Assembly: GCF_000281045.1 (NCBI RefSeq)
Contig: NW_008246081.1
Location: 548,204-612,203 of the forward strand
Reading direction: 5' to 3'
Length of the DNA: 64,000 nucleotides
From: Saprolegnia diclina VS20
Lineage: Eukaryota
The notes below the pieces were generated by a model that ran no database searches, was not told the origin of the DNA, and saw nothing but the letters and a program-made list of their open reading frames with translations. The position numbers and the translations under genes were made by a program. Positions within the stretch are counted from its first letter, which is position 1; each line of letters opens with the position of its first letter. Of the stretch, positions 12,492 through 25,200 are shown piece by piece.

Positions 12492-13272
12492 CTAGTCGTC
12501 GTAGTAAATTCCATCCTTCTTTTGATAGACGGTCGTGATGCTCGTTGATTGACGCCGGTAGTGGGCGCGTGGGCTCTTGGTGGCCTCGGCTTCTTGGTTG
12601 CTGCTGCCGCCTTGGCGCACGCGCGCCAGGATCGGGTCTTTTGTGTACATCCACGATCGCTGGGCATGCGTGTCCTTTTGCGGGTCGGCGTGCTGTCGAA
12701 CGACTTCGCCTGATGCGCCCGACGCCGCTTTTCCGTGCTCGACGCGAACGCCACCCGCACCGCCCGCGGTCAGCACAAGGTGCCGGGGCAGACCGCTCGA
12801 CGGATAGCCGAAGGCCTCTTGGTTGATCGTCTTGAGGTGCCGGCTCGCGAGGCTGGGATCCGGCGTCGGGAGCACAGCACCGAAACCCGCTTCCGGTCGA
12901 TGGCGGATCGGCCGTGCTGCCACTGCCTCCTCGTAGTTGTCGCTGCGAAGCAAGCGTGGCCGCGGTGTCTACGTCAACACATGACGCCAACCAACTCGCA
13001 GCAGATATACCTTCTTGTGCAGCTCGTGGCGGCGCTGAATCCCTACCGGGTTGACGAAATCGGCCTCCACCGTCGTCGTATACCGCGTCTACGCGCATGT
13101 TGGGTGACTGCCGATATATAACTGGAGGTGTACCTTTTCTTCGTATGGAAGGACGCCCTGGAGCGGCTCGCAGCGCTCCTCGTACCAATTATCTACAAGT
13201 TCATGAGCACGCCTTCGTGGTCGCAAGCCATCCACCTTGCAGCGTGTCCTTGCTGAACGACCGGAGCGCCAT
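12492..13272 (-). CDS. Axonemal microtubule inner protein, NWE-motif family (CFAP95-like); 4 exons
   Basis: Spliced product MALRSFSKDTLQDNWYEERCEP...TRYTTTVEADF...GFGAVLPTP...HLKTINQEAF. The NW.EER and GFGAVLP motifs resemble CFAP95/68/107-type proteins (from recall). Confidence 0.6.
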
Positions 13273-13590
13273 GATGACAAGCACGTAGCAAGTCTCAAAA
13301 TACCTTGCGTCTACGTGCGTCGACGCTTCAAATAGTATGCAGACTTGAATAGTGTACGAACGGATCGACGTGCACCCGTCACGTGGAGGGCACTCTCCAC
13401 GGTCGATTGCCATGCTTGCTTGCTCTCGAGACGAGTCGCGTGTCGTCACGTTGCACCGCCATCACAAGCTTGCATCGGGGACGCGTCATCGTATGGATCC
13501 GTCCGACAAGGGGTAGGGTACAACACTAATTGCGTTCTGGCGCGAGCTATCTTTAAAATTCGTTTCGCGAAAACCGATCTCGCGGCGGCG

Positions 13591-16500
13591 ATGAGCCACC
13601 GCTTGTCCCAGGCGGCGCGACACACGCAGGAGCTGCTCCAAGACCTCGAGCGCGACAAAGAGCTCGATGTGATCCGTGTCTACCTCACGCGCCTCAACTT
13701 GTTTCCACGGCAGCGGGATCCGAAAACGGCGCCGATTCGCAGCGAAGAGCTCCGGGACTTGGCCAAGCACTGGAAGCTCCATCGACAGCGCAATTTTTGG
13801 AAAAACCACACGACAAAGGAAGACCTCGTGCGCACGCTGTACAAGCACATTAACACCAAAGTGCTGCCGAACGAGAAGAACCCGCTGCCGCTCCAGCCCG
13901 AACCGCCGTTGACGCCGACGCCGCCGTTGATGGCCCCCGTGGCGCCGTCGCCGACACGGCCGTACAGCGCGGGGACGACTGAGAGTCCTGTGAAACGCCG
14001 CGTCTCGCGCTTCAACACAATGCCTGATGCGAGAGGCGGTCGCGTCGACCAGGCGCTCGACCCGTACGGCGGTGACCTCTTTGGCCAGCGCGGCGACTAC
14101 AACAGCGGTATGATCTACGTCTCGCGCCTCGCCAAGCCCGAGAAGCCGTTGGCTGTCGAAGCGGAGCTGCAGAACCTCCTGGACCAAAACAAGCCGGCGA
14201 CGCTCGCCCCCGAGATGGAGACGCTGGATGAAGACGCGGCGCAGCGGGAGAAGCGCTTGATGGCCGAGTGCGCGTGCAGTCTCTACCAGGTACGATTTAT
14301 GAATCGTGTGGGATAGCGGTAAAGACCATCAAGTAGCTCACGCTGGAGCCGGGGCACGAGAATAGCATCGTCCTCGAAGGATGCATCCCGGCCATTGTCC
14401 AGTTGTGCAACTACGACGACTTGGACGTGAAGAAATTTTGCTCGGCGACCATTGTCAACGTCTCGGTGGACCCTAGCCTCTGCCCGCGCATGATCGAAGA
14501 GGGCGTCTTGGCCGGTCTCATGGAGCTCGCCAAAGTGCAGCAAGAAGATATTCGGCGGAACGCTGCGATTGGCATTTGCCGCATCTCGTACGAGCGCCAA
14601 GGCCAACACCGACTCATCCAAGAAGGCTCGGTGCCGGCGCTCATCTCGATGCTCAACAACACGGACTTTGAAACGAAAGAGGCGTGTGTCAAGACGCTCG
14701 TCAACATCGCGTCCTTTTCCGGTACCTCCATAAAGGGATGTCTAGGCGCACGCAACCATCTTAGGGGGTAACGTCTCCGAGTCGGTCATTTCGACGGTCA
14801 TTCGCATCGCAGCCAAGAAAGACGCGGCGTACGACCGCTTCATCATCGAAACGATCTGCAACCTCTCGCTGCTCACGGGCTCACGCATGAAGGTACACCT
14901 AGTCGCTCGTAGATTGTTCTCCACTGCAAACATAGGCGCCGGACGATGGCATCCTCGATCCCATTCCTCTGATTACGCAATCGTGTCACGACCCACGCGT
15001 CCAAACCATGATTGCCATGGCGCTGAGTAACTTTTCGGGCATCGACACCAACCACCACTTGCTCACGACGCCGTCGCTTTTGCTCGCTCTCGATACGCTT
15101 CTTGCGCTCGACGACGATGCGATCATCGAGATGGCGACGACAGCGATCGCCAATCTCTCGACGACCCGCGACGCGATCGTCATGCTCGCCGAGAGTCCTC
15201 TGCCACCCCGGCTCATCGCCACCGGGTACAACCCCAAGCGCGCAATTCAAGAAAATGTGTCCCTCGCGATTGCCAACATGGCGCTGAGCGACGAAGCGCA
15301 CCGGCTGCTGCTCATGCGCCACGGACTCGTACCGCTTCTCATGCAGCTCTTCACCGAGAGTTCGATCCCAACACAGTACAATGCGATGGTGGCGCTGTGT
15401 ACGCTCATGGAGCATGCGCCGTCGCGCGCCGAGATCATCTCGCGCGACGTGCTTCATTATGTGATTGCACTAGCGACGACCGGCGAGCCCAAGCTCCGCG
15501 AACTCTGCGCGATCGGCCTCTTCAACTTTAGCTGCTACGAAGACTTTGCACAATACGCGCTCTTGCCAACCATTCTCGACCCAATGATCACGCTCTTTAC
15601 ATCATCGAATCTCGCGGTCGCCCCGAAAGAAGAGAAGGACCCGACGATTGCGCTCAGCTTCATCCAGGAGCAGTGTCTGCACTTCTTCTACAACCTCTCG
15701 TTTTACCCAAGTAGCCGGCTCGTGCTCGTCCAAGCAACTTGTGTCGCGGCGTGCGTCGCCGTCTTCCGTAAAGTCGCGAAAACCCCGGAGCTCAACACCC
15801 GCGTGGCCGCCACAATCGCCAACCTCTCGTTCTGCGCCGACGCCCACGCGCAAATGCTTCAGGACGACGTGCTCAAGCTCCTTCGGCGTCTCTCCGCGTC
15901 GTCGGCAGCGACCAAGGACCTTCAGCTGGCAAGTGCCACCGCGCTCTGCAATCTTGCGATACCGGGTCTCATTCACTCGGGCCAAGCGATTTTGAATCTG
16001 CTCATCGACCTTTCGCACACGCCACACGCCGACATTGCGCTCGTGTGCTCCTTGGCCTACTCCAAGGTCGCGGCCGACGCGTCATTGCGCGACGCACTCG
16101 CCAAGTGCGTCGAACTGCCGCCGACACTGGTGGTCATGATGCGCTCCGGCATCGAAGAGATTCAGATCCACTGTGCGGCCGCGCTCTGTGGCATGGCCTG
16201 CGAGCGCGGCGCAAAAACCAACAAGCACATGTGGAAGGAAGGGACGGTCTCGGACTTTATTGTCAACTCACTTCTGCGCATCAACAGCGACTCGACCAAG
16301 GTCGTGTGCGCCAAAGTGCTCTTTAACGTCCTCGCGCACGACGACTGCCGCCTCGCCATGATCAAAGACGGCGTGTTGTACGCGCTCATCAAGCTCGCGC
16401 GCCTCGAAAGCGTCGAGATTCGCATCCTCTGTGTCACCGCGCTCTACAACCTCTCGAGCGACCCGAGCATGGTGCCGTCGCTCATGGAAGCCAACGTGCC

Positions 16501-18307
16501 CCACGTCGTCTCGAAGCTCTGCGACTCGGACTTTAAGCATGAAGAGAGCCGGCGCAAGCTCTCGGCGTGCCTCACCAACATGGCGCTCTCGCCGGGCATG
16601 GAGATCAAGCTCATGGAAGGTGGCGTGCTCAACGCAATCCTCGCGCTCTGCGAGCACGGCGACAGCGACTGCCTGCGCTACGGCGCGTCCGTGCTCTGCT
16701 CCGTCTCGATGCAGCCCGCGAATTGCGACGGCCTCGCCTCGAGCGCGGCCCTCGACGTCCTCAAGCGCATGGTGTGCTCAAAAGACCCATCGATGGTGCT
16801 CTTTGCCGCCAACGCGCTCTGCAACGTCGCGTGCGGGAGCCATCTCCACGAAAAGATTGAGGAGGCCGAGCTCATCAGCGCCATGCTTCACGTCGTAAGC
16901 GAAGCCAACGAAGACGAGGGGATCATCCTCACGAGCGCCAAGTTTCTGTGCAATATGACGCAGCAGGCCAAGCACCGCCCGGCGCTCATGAAGCACCACT
17001 TTATCCGCACGTTCATTCGCGTCTTTGGCAACCGCCTTCTCTACACCAGCGTCGCCGATGTGTGCGCACGCATTGTGTGCACGCTCTCGGAAGCGCCGTC
17101 GCTGCTAGATGCGATGGTGGGGGAAGGTGCGGTGCAGCTACTGCGCATGGCGACGATCGACGCCACTCCGACGACGATCGAGCACTGCGTCGTGTCGCTC
17201 CTTCGGCTCTCGCGCGGCGGCCACAGCGGCACGCGTATCTTGGACGACGGGCTCTTTGACATTCTGTGTGCTGCAGTCCCGATGGGCGATAAAAAAGCGT
17301 CGCCCGAGATGACGGAGCGCTGCTCGATGATCCTGCGAACGCTCTCGACGTACGCCATGTGCATCCCCCAAATGATTCAGGACAAGCGGTTGCACCCGCT
17401 CATTCATGCACTCGCGGCGCCCGGCGACAAGGAAACCACCAAGAACTGCGTCATGCTCCTCCACAACTTGACAGCCGCCCGCGACCACTCGTTTCAGCGC
17501 AACGTCCGCGTCTCGGGGGTCATTCCGCTGCTGATTCGCCTCGCGCGGTTGAGCGCGCACGAGGAGGTGCGGATCTGCGCCGTCGCGCTCGCGCACATCA
17601 ACTGCGAGCTCTCGGAAGCCGACCGGAACGAGATCGAGGCGTACGAGCCCGGTGTCGTGGCGACCATGATCTCGATGCTCGACATGGATCCGCCGGCGAT
17701 GCAGCGCGCCGAGAAGGTCGCGACAACGATGCCGCTGCTGCTGCATTGGGCGCCGAAAGAGAAAGAGTGGGCCTTTCTGCAAGGCGAGAACGACAAGGCA
17801 AGTCACCTACCGCAGACGATTCCGGTGGCGTGGACGCTACGGGACGACCCTGTCGACGCGGCGACACTCGTGCCGCACGAGCCGAGTAGCTTCTTGAGCT
17901 GTCTGCCGCAGCAACACTGCGAGTTTACATCGACGATCAAGGACGCGCTGTTTGGCTCGTTCCAGATCCTGCAAGTGAGCAGCCAGAAGAGCCGCCTCAA
18001 GGCGCCGACGCGCCTCGCGCACATGTCGGTGGGCTCTGTCTTGCGCGCGGTAGACATTGCAGCGCTGGCGCCGGCCACCGAACTCAAACCCAAGACACCG
18101 ACACCGCCACCGTCCGCGGAAACGGCGTCGGCAAGCCGCGGCGACGGCTCGAAAGAGGAGAGTCCCCGCAAGCCCAGCATCGCGACAACCAAGAAACTGA
18201 GTCATCGCGCAACAAGCAAGATGACCAAGCCAAGCTCCCGCAGCATCGGTAGCATGGGTCTCAGCCACAAAAACTCGGTCACCGAGTGCCTCCCTCCCAT
18301 TCTATGA
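13591..18307 (+). CDS. Large armadillo-repeat protein, paralog A (Vac8-like ARM array; 4 introns in the 5' half)
   Basis: Repeated ARM consensus (EGxxxxLxxL...AALxNLS) over more than 1200 aa; 1099-aa ORF 15008-18307; upstream exons joined by GT-AG introns. Confidence 0.88.
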
Positions 18308-18578
18308 CGCTTCTTTAGTACATTATTCATCTTGGTTTCGACGACAATGTGTCTTGTATGTTATTTTGCCACCACCATATCATCGCGGAATGTGTCGTAG
18401 CTCTAGCTTGGACGGCCGCGCTCTCTTGCGGTTCGCCCTAGACGCGCGCATGTGGCGTAGTGGCTACCGCCTGCATCTCAGATCTCGTTGCGGCCGACGT
18501 ATCGAGAAATCGCCCGCAACGACACGCGACAGTCGGACAGCTAATTTAGGCGATCGAAACGGGCCATATTTCTTCGCG

Positions 18579-21500
18579 ATGAGCCACCGCTTGTCCCAAG
18601 CGGCGCGACACACGCAGGAGCTGCTCCAAGACCTCGAGCGCGACAAGGAGCTCGATGTGCTCCGTGTCTACCTCACGCGCTACAACCTCTTTCCTCGCAA
18701 GCGCGATCCAAAGACTGCGCCGATTCGCGCCGAAGAGCTCCGCGACCTCGTCAAGCACTGGAAGCTCCATCGACAGCGCAACTTTTGGAAAAACCACACG
18801 ACAAAGGAAGAGCTCGTGCGCACGCTGTACAAGCACATCAACACCAAAGTGCTGCCGTCCGAGACACCGCCGTCCGCCGTGTCGCCGTCGAGTTCGTCCG
18901 CAAGTGTGCTCCCCGCGCGCCCGTCAACACCCAACCCCAGTGACATCAAGAAAGCGCCGTTTGATCGGCGCAACTCGCACCGCGCCATTGCCATGAACAT
19001 GACGGCGTTCAAGTCCAAGCTCACGCCGCGCAATTGCAACTACTCGATCGACGGGTACCACGGCGACCTCTTTAGCCAGCGCGGCGACTACGACGACGGC
19101 ATGATCTATCTCTCGCGCATGACCACGTCCAGCGAGACGCGTATACGTTCGTATCCACTGGCGGTCGTACGAATTGTGTTGCTGTAGGCGAGACGGCACC
19201 AGCGACGGCCTCGGCGACGCCAGCAACGACCCTTAGCATCACCACAGTTAGCGCTGCGCCGACGACGAGCACCGTATCCAGCGCGCCCTCCACACCGCGC
19301 AACGCTGCTGCGACAACGACGCCGACCGACGCGCGCATTGAAGTCGCTGACGAAGATGCGACGACGCGCGAGGTGCGCATGAAGCAAGAGTGCGCCTGTA
19401 GCTTGTACCAGGTATTTGGATCTGCACCAAGCATCCAAACTGAGATTTGGACGGTTGGTAGCTGGCGCTGCAAGCAGGGCACGAGTCGGGCATGGTGCTC
19501 GAAGGCTGCGTTCCCGCGCTCGTGCGCCTCTCTCTCTTTGACGACAACGACGTGAAAAAGTACTGTGCCGCAGCTCTCGTCAATCTCACGTGTGACGGCG
19601 CGCTCATTCCGCGCATGCTCGACGAAGGTCTTCTCGGCGGTCTCATGGAGCTCTCCAAGCTCCAGCACGAAGACGTTCGACGCAACGCGGCGATTGGACT
19701 CTGCCGCGGGTCGTACGAGCGCATGGGGCAGTTCCGGCTGCTCCAAGAAGGCTCGGTACCGGCGATGATTTCGATGTTGAACAGCACCGACTTTGACACA
19801 AAAGAGGCCTGTCTCAAGGCGCTCATCAACATTGCATCGTACGCTGGCGCGACCGTCTCGGACACGGTGACCCACACGATCGTGAAAATGACGTCGCGAA
19901 AAGATACGCCGAGTTTGCACTTTGTCGCGCAGGCCATGGCCAACCTCTCGGTCCTCACCGGTCCCCGCATCAAGGTACAGACACAGCGCGCTGGCATAGC
20001 GTCGTAACGCGTCGAGATTAGGCGGTCGAAGACGGCCTCCTCGAGCCGTTGACCGACGTGTGCCACCCCGGCGCATCCACCGACGTCAAGCGGCTCGTGG
20101 CCATGGCCCTTTGCAACTTTTCGGGCGTTGAAACCAACTATGGGTACTTGAGCCAGCTCCCGATTCTACGCGTGCTCGACATTCTTCTCGAGACGCCCGA
20201 CGAGCGGGTCCGCGAGCTCTCGTCCGTGACGGTCGCCAACCTCACGTGCCGATCGGACGCGCAACGTCAGCGCATTAGCAGCGTCCTTGCGATGCGGCTC
20301 ATTCAAATTGGTTACATGCAAAACAGCGTCGTCCAGAGCAACATCTCGCTGGCGCTGGCCAACGTGGTGCAGAGCGACCGGCTCTTGCTCACGCAGCACG
20401 GTGTCGTGCCGCTCGTGCTGCACTTTCTACGGGACGGCACGCCGATGACGCAGACCCATGCGGTCGCCTTGCTCTGCGGCCTCATGGAGCACGAGACGTC
20501 GCGCGCGGAGCTACTGCAGTGCGACGCGATCGACGTTGTGTTGCACCTTACGGCCACGTCGGCGCCGAGTATCCGGGAATTTTGCGCGCTCGCGTTTTTC
20601 AACTTTAGCGCCCACGTGGACTTGGCGCCGTTTCTGCTCGCCCCGGGCACACTCGCGACGCTTCTTGGTCTGCTAAAGGACCCGCTCCAAATCAAAGACG
20701 AAGGCAAGGAGCCGACGATTCAGCTCAGCCGCGTCCAGGAGATTTGCCTCGACTGCCTCTACAACCTCTCGTTCTACGCACCGAGTCGGCCCGGCTTGGT
20801 CGCGGAAGGCGCGATTGCGATCCTCTCGCAAGTCTTTCGCAAGCCGTCCAAGTCGCTTGAAGCCAACAAGCGCTGCGTCGCCGTGCTCTGCAACGTGTCG
20901 TTCGACGACAGCAGTCGCGACAAAATGCTACTCGATGACGTCCTCAAGTTGCTCAAGCGACTCACGACGACCAACGGGACGTGCAAGGAGCTGCTTCTGT
21001 GTGCATCGTCGGCGCTCTGCAACCTTGCGGGTCCTGCGATGGCGTCGCCCACAACCCCGATCCTGCAGATGCTCATGGACCTCTCCCAGTCCCCGCACGC
21101 CGAGATCTCGCTCAACTGTGCGATTGCCTTTGCGAAGCTCGCGGCCGCCAACATTTACACGGACGTGCTCTCGCGCTGCATCGAGCTGCCCCCGACGTTG
21201 GTGGTCATGATGCGCTCGGGGATTGAAGAGGTTCAGATCCACTGCGCCACTGCGCTTTGCGGGCTTGCGGCCGAGCGTGGCACCCGCGGTCCCTCAGGTC
21301 TCCGGCACCTCTGGAAGGAAGGTACCATTTCCGATTTTATCGTCAACTCGCTCTTGCGCATCAACAGCGACTCGACCAAAGAGATCTGCGCCAAAGTGCT
21401 CTTCAACGCCCTCACCCACGACGACTGCCGCCATTCCATGATCAAAGGCGGCGTCCTCTACGCGCTCGTCAAGCTCGCGCGCCTCGATAGCCTCGAGATT

Positions 21501-23285
21501 CGCCTCTTGTGCGTCACCGCCCTCTACAACCTCTCGTGCGATCCGAGTCTTCTCAGCGTTCTATTGGACATCAACATTGGTCAAGTTGTCGCCAAGATGT
21601 GCGAGAGCGACGTCAACAACGAAGAGACGCGGCAAAAGCTCGCAGCGTGCCTTGCCAACGTCACTTTTGACGGCGGCCACGAAGCCGCTTTGGTCCAAGG
21701 CGATATTCTCAACGCTGTCTTGCTGCTCTCCGAGCACGGCAGCACGCTCTGTGGGCGGTTTGGCGCGAGCGTTCTCGGAGCGCTCTCCATGTGCTTGGAT
21801 GTGTGTGACGCCATGGCCACCTTGCCGATCATTGAGCTCCTCTTGCAAATGGTGTGCGCGAAAGACGGGCCGCAGACGCTCTTTGCTCTCAGCGCCCTCT
21901 GCAACCTCTCGTGTGCAGTTGGCGCCCACGAAAAGCTGCAGGAAGCCGAGACAATTGCGTCGGTGGTGGGCATTCTACAGACGTCCGAAGAGTCGCTCGT
22001 GCTCTTGACCGGCGCCAAAGTGCTCCACAATATGAGCTACCACGCCAAGTTTCATCCTGCGATGCTGACGGCCGATGTCGTGCCAACCCTCTTGCACGTC
22101 TTGAGCTACGAAGACGGTGTCGCGATCGCAGACGTCGCGGCCGAGATCGTGACAACCCTCTCGGAAGACGCGGCCGCGGCCAATCAACTCGTGCACGAAG
22201 GAGCCGTGCGCATTCTCCGGTGCGCGGCGACCCGCGGGAACAATCCGCGCACGATCGGTCTGTGCGTCATTGCGCTCTGCCGCCTCGCGCGCGGCGGCCA
22301 CAGCGGCCCGCAGCTCGTGGCCGACGGTCTCTTTGACGTAATTGCGTCGGCGGTGCCGCCATCGACCAGCGAGATCGCCGAACGCATCGCGCTCATTCTG
22401 CGAACGCTCTCGACGTACATTGCGTGCATTCCGCCCCTTTTGCACGACCTGCGGATCGTGCCGATCCTGCAGACGCTGACGCGCGCCCGTGAGCGCGAGA
22501 CGTGCCGACACGTTGTGATGCTGCTGCACAACATTACCGCGACCCGGAATCGTGCGTTTCAGGCGCAAGCCAAAGCCGCGGGCGTGATTCCCTTGCTCAT
22601 CATGCTCTCGCAGGTCGGCGCGTCCGACATTCGTCAAGTCTCGAGCGTCGCACTCGCGCACCTCAACGCCGAGCTCTCGGACCGCGACGACAATTACGAA
22701 ACGGGCCTTGTTTCGACCTTGATCACGATGCTTGACATGGATCCCTCGACCATGCACACGGTCGAGAAGCTCGCAGCGGCGATGCCGCCGCCCCTCAAGC
22801 TCCAGCGGCAGACACCGTGGAGCTTCCACACGGGGTTTCGACCGACGCGGGTGCTCTTACAGCTGCCCGTGGTGTGGACGGTCCAGGTCGCGTCGGTGGA
22901 CGACGCGCGTCTTGTGCCGCCCGAGCCCAGCGCCTTTGGCCTCGGTCCGCTCGGGCACCAAGCCGCCGAGATTCCTAGGAGCATCCAAGATGGCGTGCAT
23001 GGACAGTATACCATCATGCGCGTGTCGGGCGACAAGTGCCGGCTCAAGCCAGCGCCGCGCACGACGCCGCTGGCGCCAGCACTCGTGTTACAAAAACTCG
23101 CCGAGCCCGTCGAGGTCGAGAAGGAGCCGGCGGTCGTGCGGCCCGTGGCGCCGCCGCCCAAGCCGACCAAGCCGCGTCCGCTACTGAGCCAAAAGTCGTT
23201 TAATAGCGCACCGCGCTCCCACGGTGTCCCACATATGCTCGCAAAGCGCGGCTCGACGGGCTTTCTCAATTTGCCCAAACTCTAG
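18579..23285 (+). CDS. Large armadillo-repeat protein, paralog B (tandem duplicate of A)
   Basis: Same N-terminus (MSHRLSQAARHTQELLQDLERDKELDV), shared intron positions, and shared blocks such as ELPPTLVVMMRSGIEE.QIHCA and SDFIVNSLLRINSDSTK. Confidence 0.88.
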
Positions 23286-23333
23286 TTAGTCGATACCACA
23301 CCACCACAAGCTAGTCGATAGGGTCGTTTTGAT

Positions 23334-23795
23334 TTACTTTTTGTCTCGCATCAGGACGGCGTGCGCCAGCGATGGTGGCAGCGTAAACGTTGGCGACGTG
23401 CCCCGTGCGTAGACATGAGTGAGCGCGGGCAGCACCGCGTCGGCTGGCAAAGCGGTCAAGTCCGGGTTGTCCTCGACGTACAACGCTTCCAACGACGCGA
23501 GGTTGCTCAAGAGACCGTCGGGCAGCGACGAGAGCTTGTTGCCGCTCACGTTGAGCGACGTGAGATGGCGCAGTGAAAAGATCGCAGGCGGCAGCGACTT
23601 CAAGTTGTTGCGGCTCACGTCCAAGTGCTCCAGCTGCGGTAGGCGCTCGAGCACGACGCTGAGCTTGCAGACGCAGGCCTCGCCGACGCGCTCGCACATG
23701 AGGTTCATGCACAGAAGGTCTTCCGACTTGCGCAGCACGAGCTGCCGCACTGCGCTCGTGTGCGTCGCCGCGTCGCGGAGGCTCTTGGCGATCAT
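23334..23795 (-). CDS. Small leucine-rich-repeat protein with a Cys-rich N-cap
   Basis: MIAKSLRDAA...CMNLMCERVGEACVCKL followed by LEHLDVSRNNLKSLP, LTSLNVSGNKLSSLP and LEALYVEDNPDLTALP. An alternative ATG lies at 23900. Confidence 0.85.
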   Translation of the reverse strand: MIAKSLRDAATHTSAVRQLVLRKSEDLLCMNLMCERVGEACVCKLSVVLERLPQLEHLDVSRNNLKSLPPAIFSLRHLTSLNVSGNKLSSLPDGLLSNLASLEALYVEDNPDLTALPADAVLPALTHVYARGTSPTFTLPPSLAHAVLMRDKK

Positions 23796-25007
23796 TCGGC
23801 CTTGGTCTTTTGTTTCAGATAGAGCGCCCGGAGCTTGGCTGTGATTGGCGCAGAGGTGCCGTAGGTTTGGGGGTGGGCCGATGGCAGGCGGCGACTCCAC
23901 TGCAGCGGCGCGGGTGGCGCGACCGGCAGCGCCGCCGGCCGGACCAAGGCCTGGGGCGACGCAGGGTGCGGGGTCGGTGGCGGCGACAGAGCCATGTACT
24001 CCGTCTCAGTTGTCGACACGGCGAGAGATGGGCCAAGAGACGGGCCGTGAAACGGTTGCCGCATGCTCAACGACCGCGCAACCTCGGCTTGGCTAGCTGT
24101 CTGCAGCGCGTGCATCTCTTCGAGAAGACGTCGATCCGGGGCAGAAATAGCCGTGGGACGCAAGGTCGGCGCTCGTGGTTTTGACGTGGCAGCCTACGAC
24201 GCGCCGTTGATAAGGTCGGGACAGTGACCCCAGCGAGCGTACTGCTGCGGTCTTTGCCGACAATCGCTGAATCGTCTGCGCCTGGATTGTATTGGCGGCT
24301 GCTTGCCGCTGACAGAGCGCGTCGAGCTCCTTTGCCCGCTGGCATACAAATGTGTTTGGTAGGAAGCGAGTTGTCTGATGCATTATGTACCCGGCGCAGC
24401 TCCGTGTTGCTGTCTCGTGTGCGCTCGTAGCGCACCTTGAGCGCGTCGAGCTCGGCGCGAAGCTGCAAAGAAGTGTGTCAGGCGTCGTCATTTCGCGGGC
24501 GATGCATTACCTCGTTGGGCCCTGGGCGACTGGCGCGAACATTGCTCGGCTCGACCGGCTGCATCTTGAGCCGCTGGATTTCCATATCCTAGGACAGCGC
24601 TCAACGTGTACCCCCGACGATCAAAAGTACGTACCTTGGCCTTCAGCTCTCGTTTGAGAGCCTTGATGCGCCGTCGCTGCTCCAAGACGACAGCTTCGAG
24701 GTCATTGTTCGCCGCTGGTCGACGCTGCTGCGTGGATCTACACAGCAATCATACATGAGCCAAGGCCAAGGCCATGAACACGAGGGCGAGCGAACGTGTG
24801 GAGGCCGCGGGACGACTTGGTTGCAACATCTTCTTCGTAGAGCGAGCGGAGAAAGCTGTCGGCCGAGCGCTGTGGTGGCGCCACATAGGTTGAGTGCGCA
24901 GCGTCGCTCCAGTCTGCATTGAGGAGCGAGATAAGGTCCAGGTCGACCTCTGGCGCTGCTGGCAGCGACGCCATGCTACTCAAGTGCGATCGCATTGGTT
25001 GACGCAT
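23792..25007 (-). CDS. Uncharacterised coiled-coil protein (6 exons)
   Basis: Five short GT-AG introns join in-frame exons: EQRRRIKALKRELKAK|DMEIQRLK..|LRAELDALKVRYER..|RAKELDALC..|AATSKP...KLRALYLKQKTKAE*. Start is uncertain (25007, 24995 or 24974). Confidence 0.7.
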
Positions 25008-25200
25008 CGTCTTTTTGGCCAATCATCGTCATGATGGAATGGGATTGGCCGTTGTATTTGTATTTTAGCCAATCCTGCGCTGCAATTTGGATCTTGGAAG
25101 GCGGATCCTGGGAAGGCACCTGTCAACGTCGACACGAGAGGACAATCAAAATAAACTAAGCTTAGTGTGGGCTTATGGATGCAGTCGGTGGTGTCGGAAA

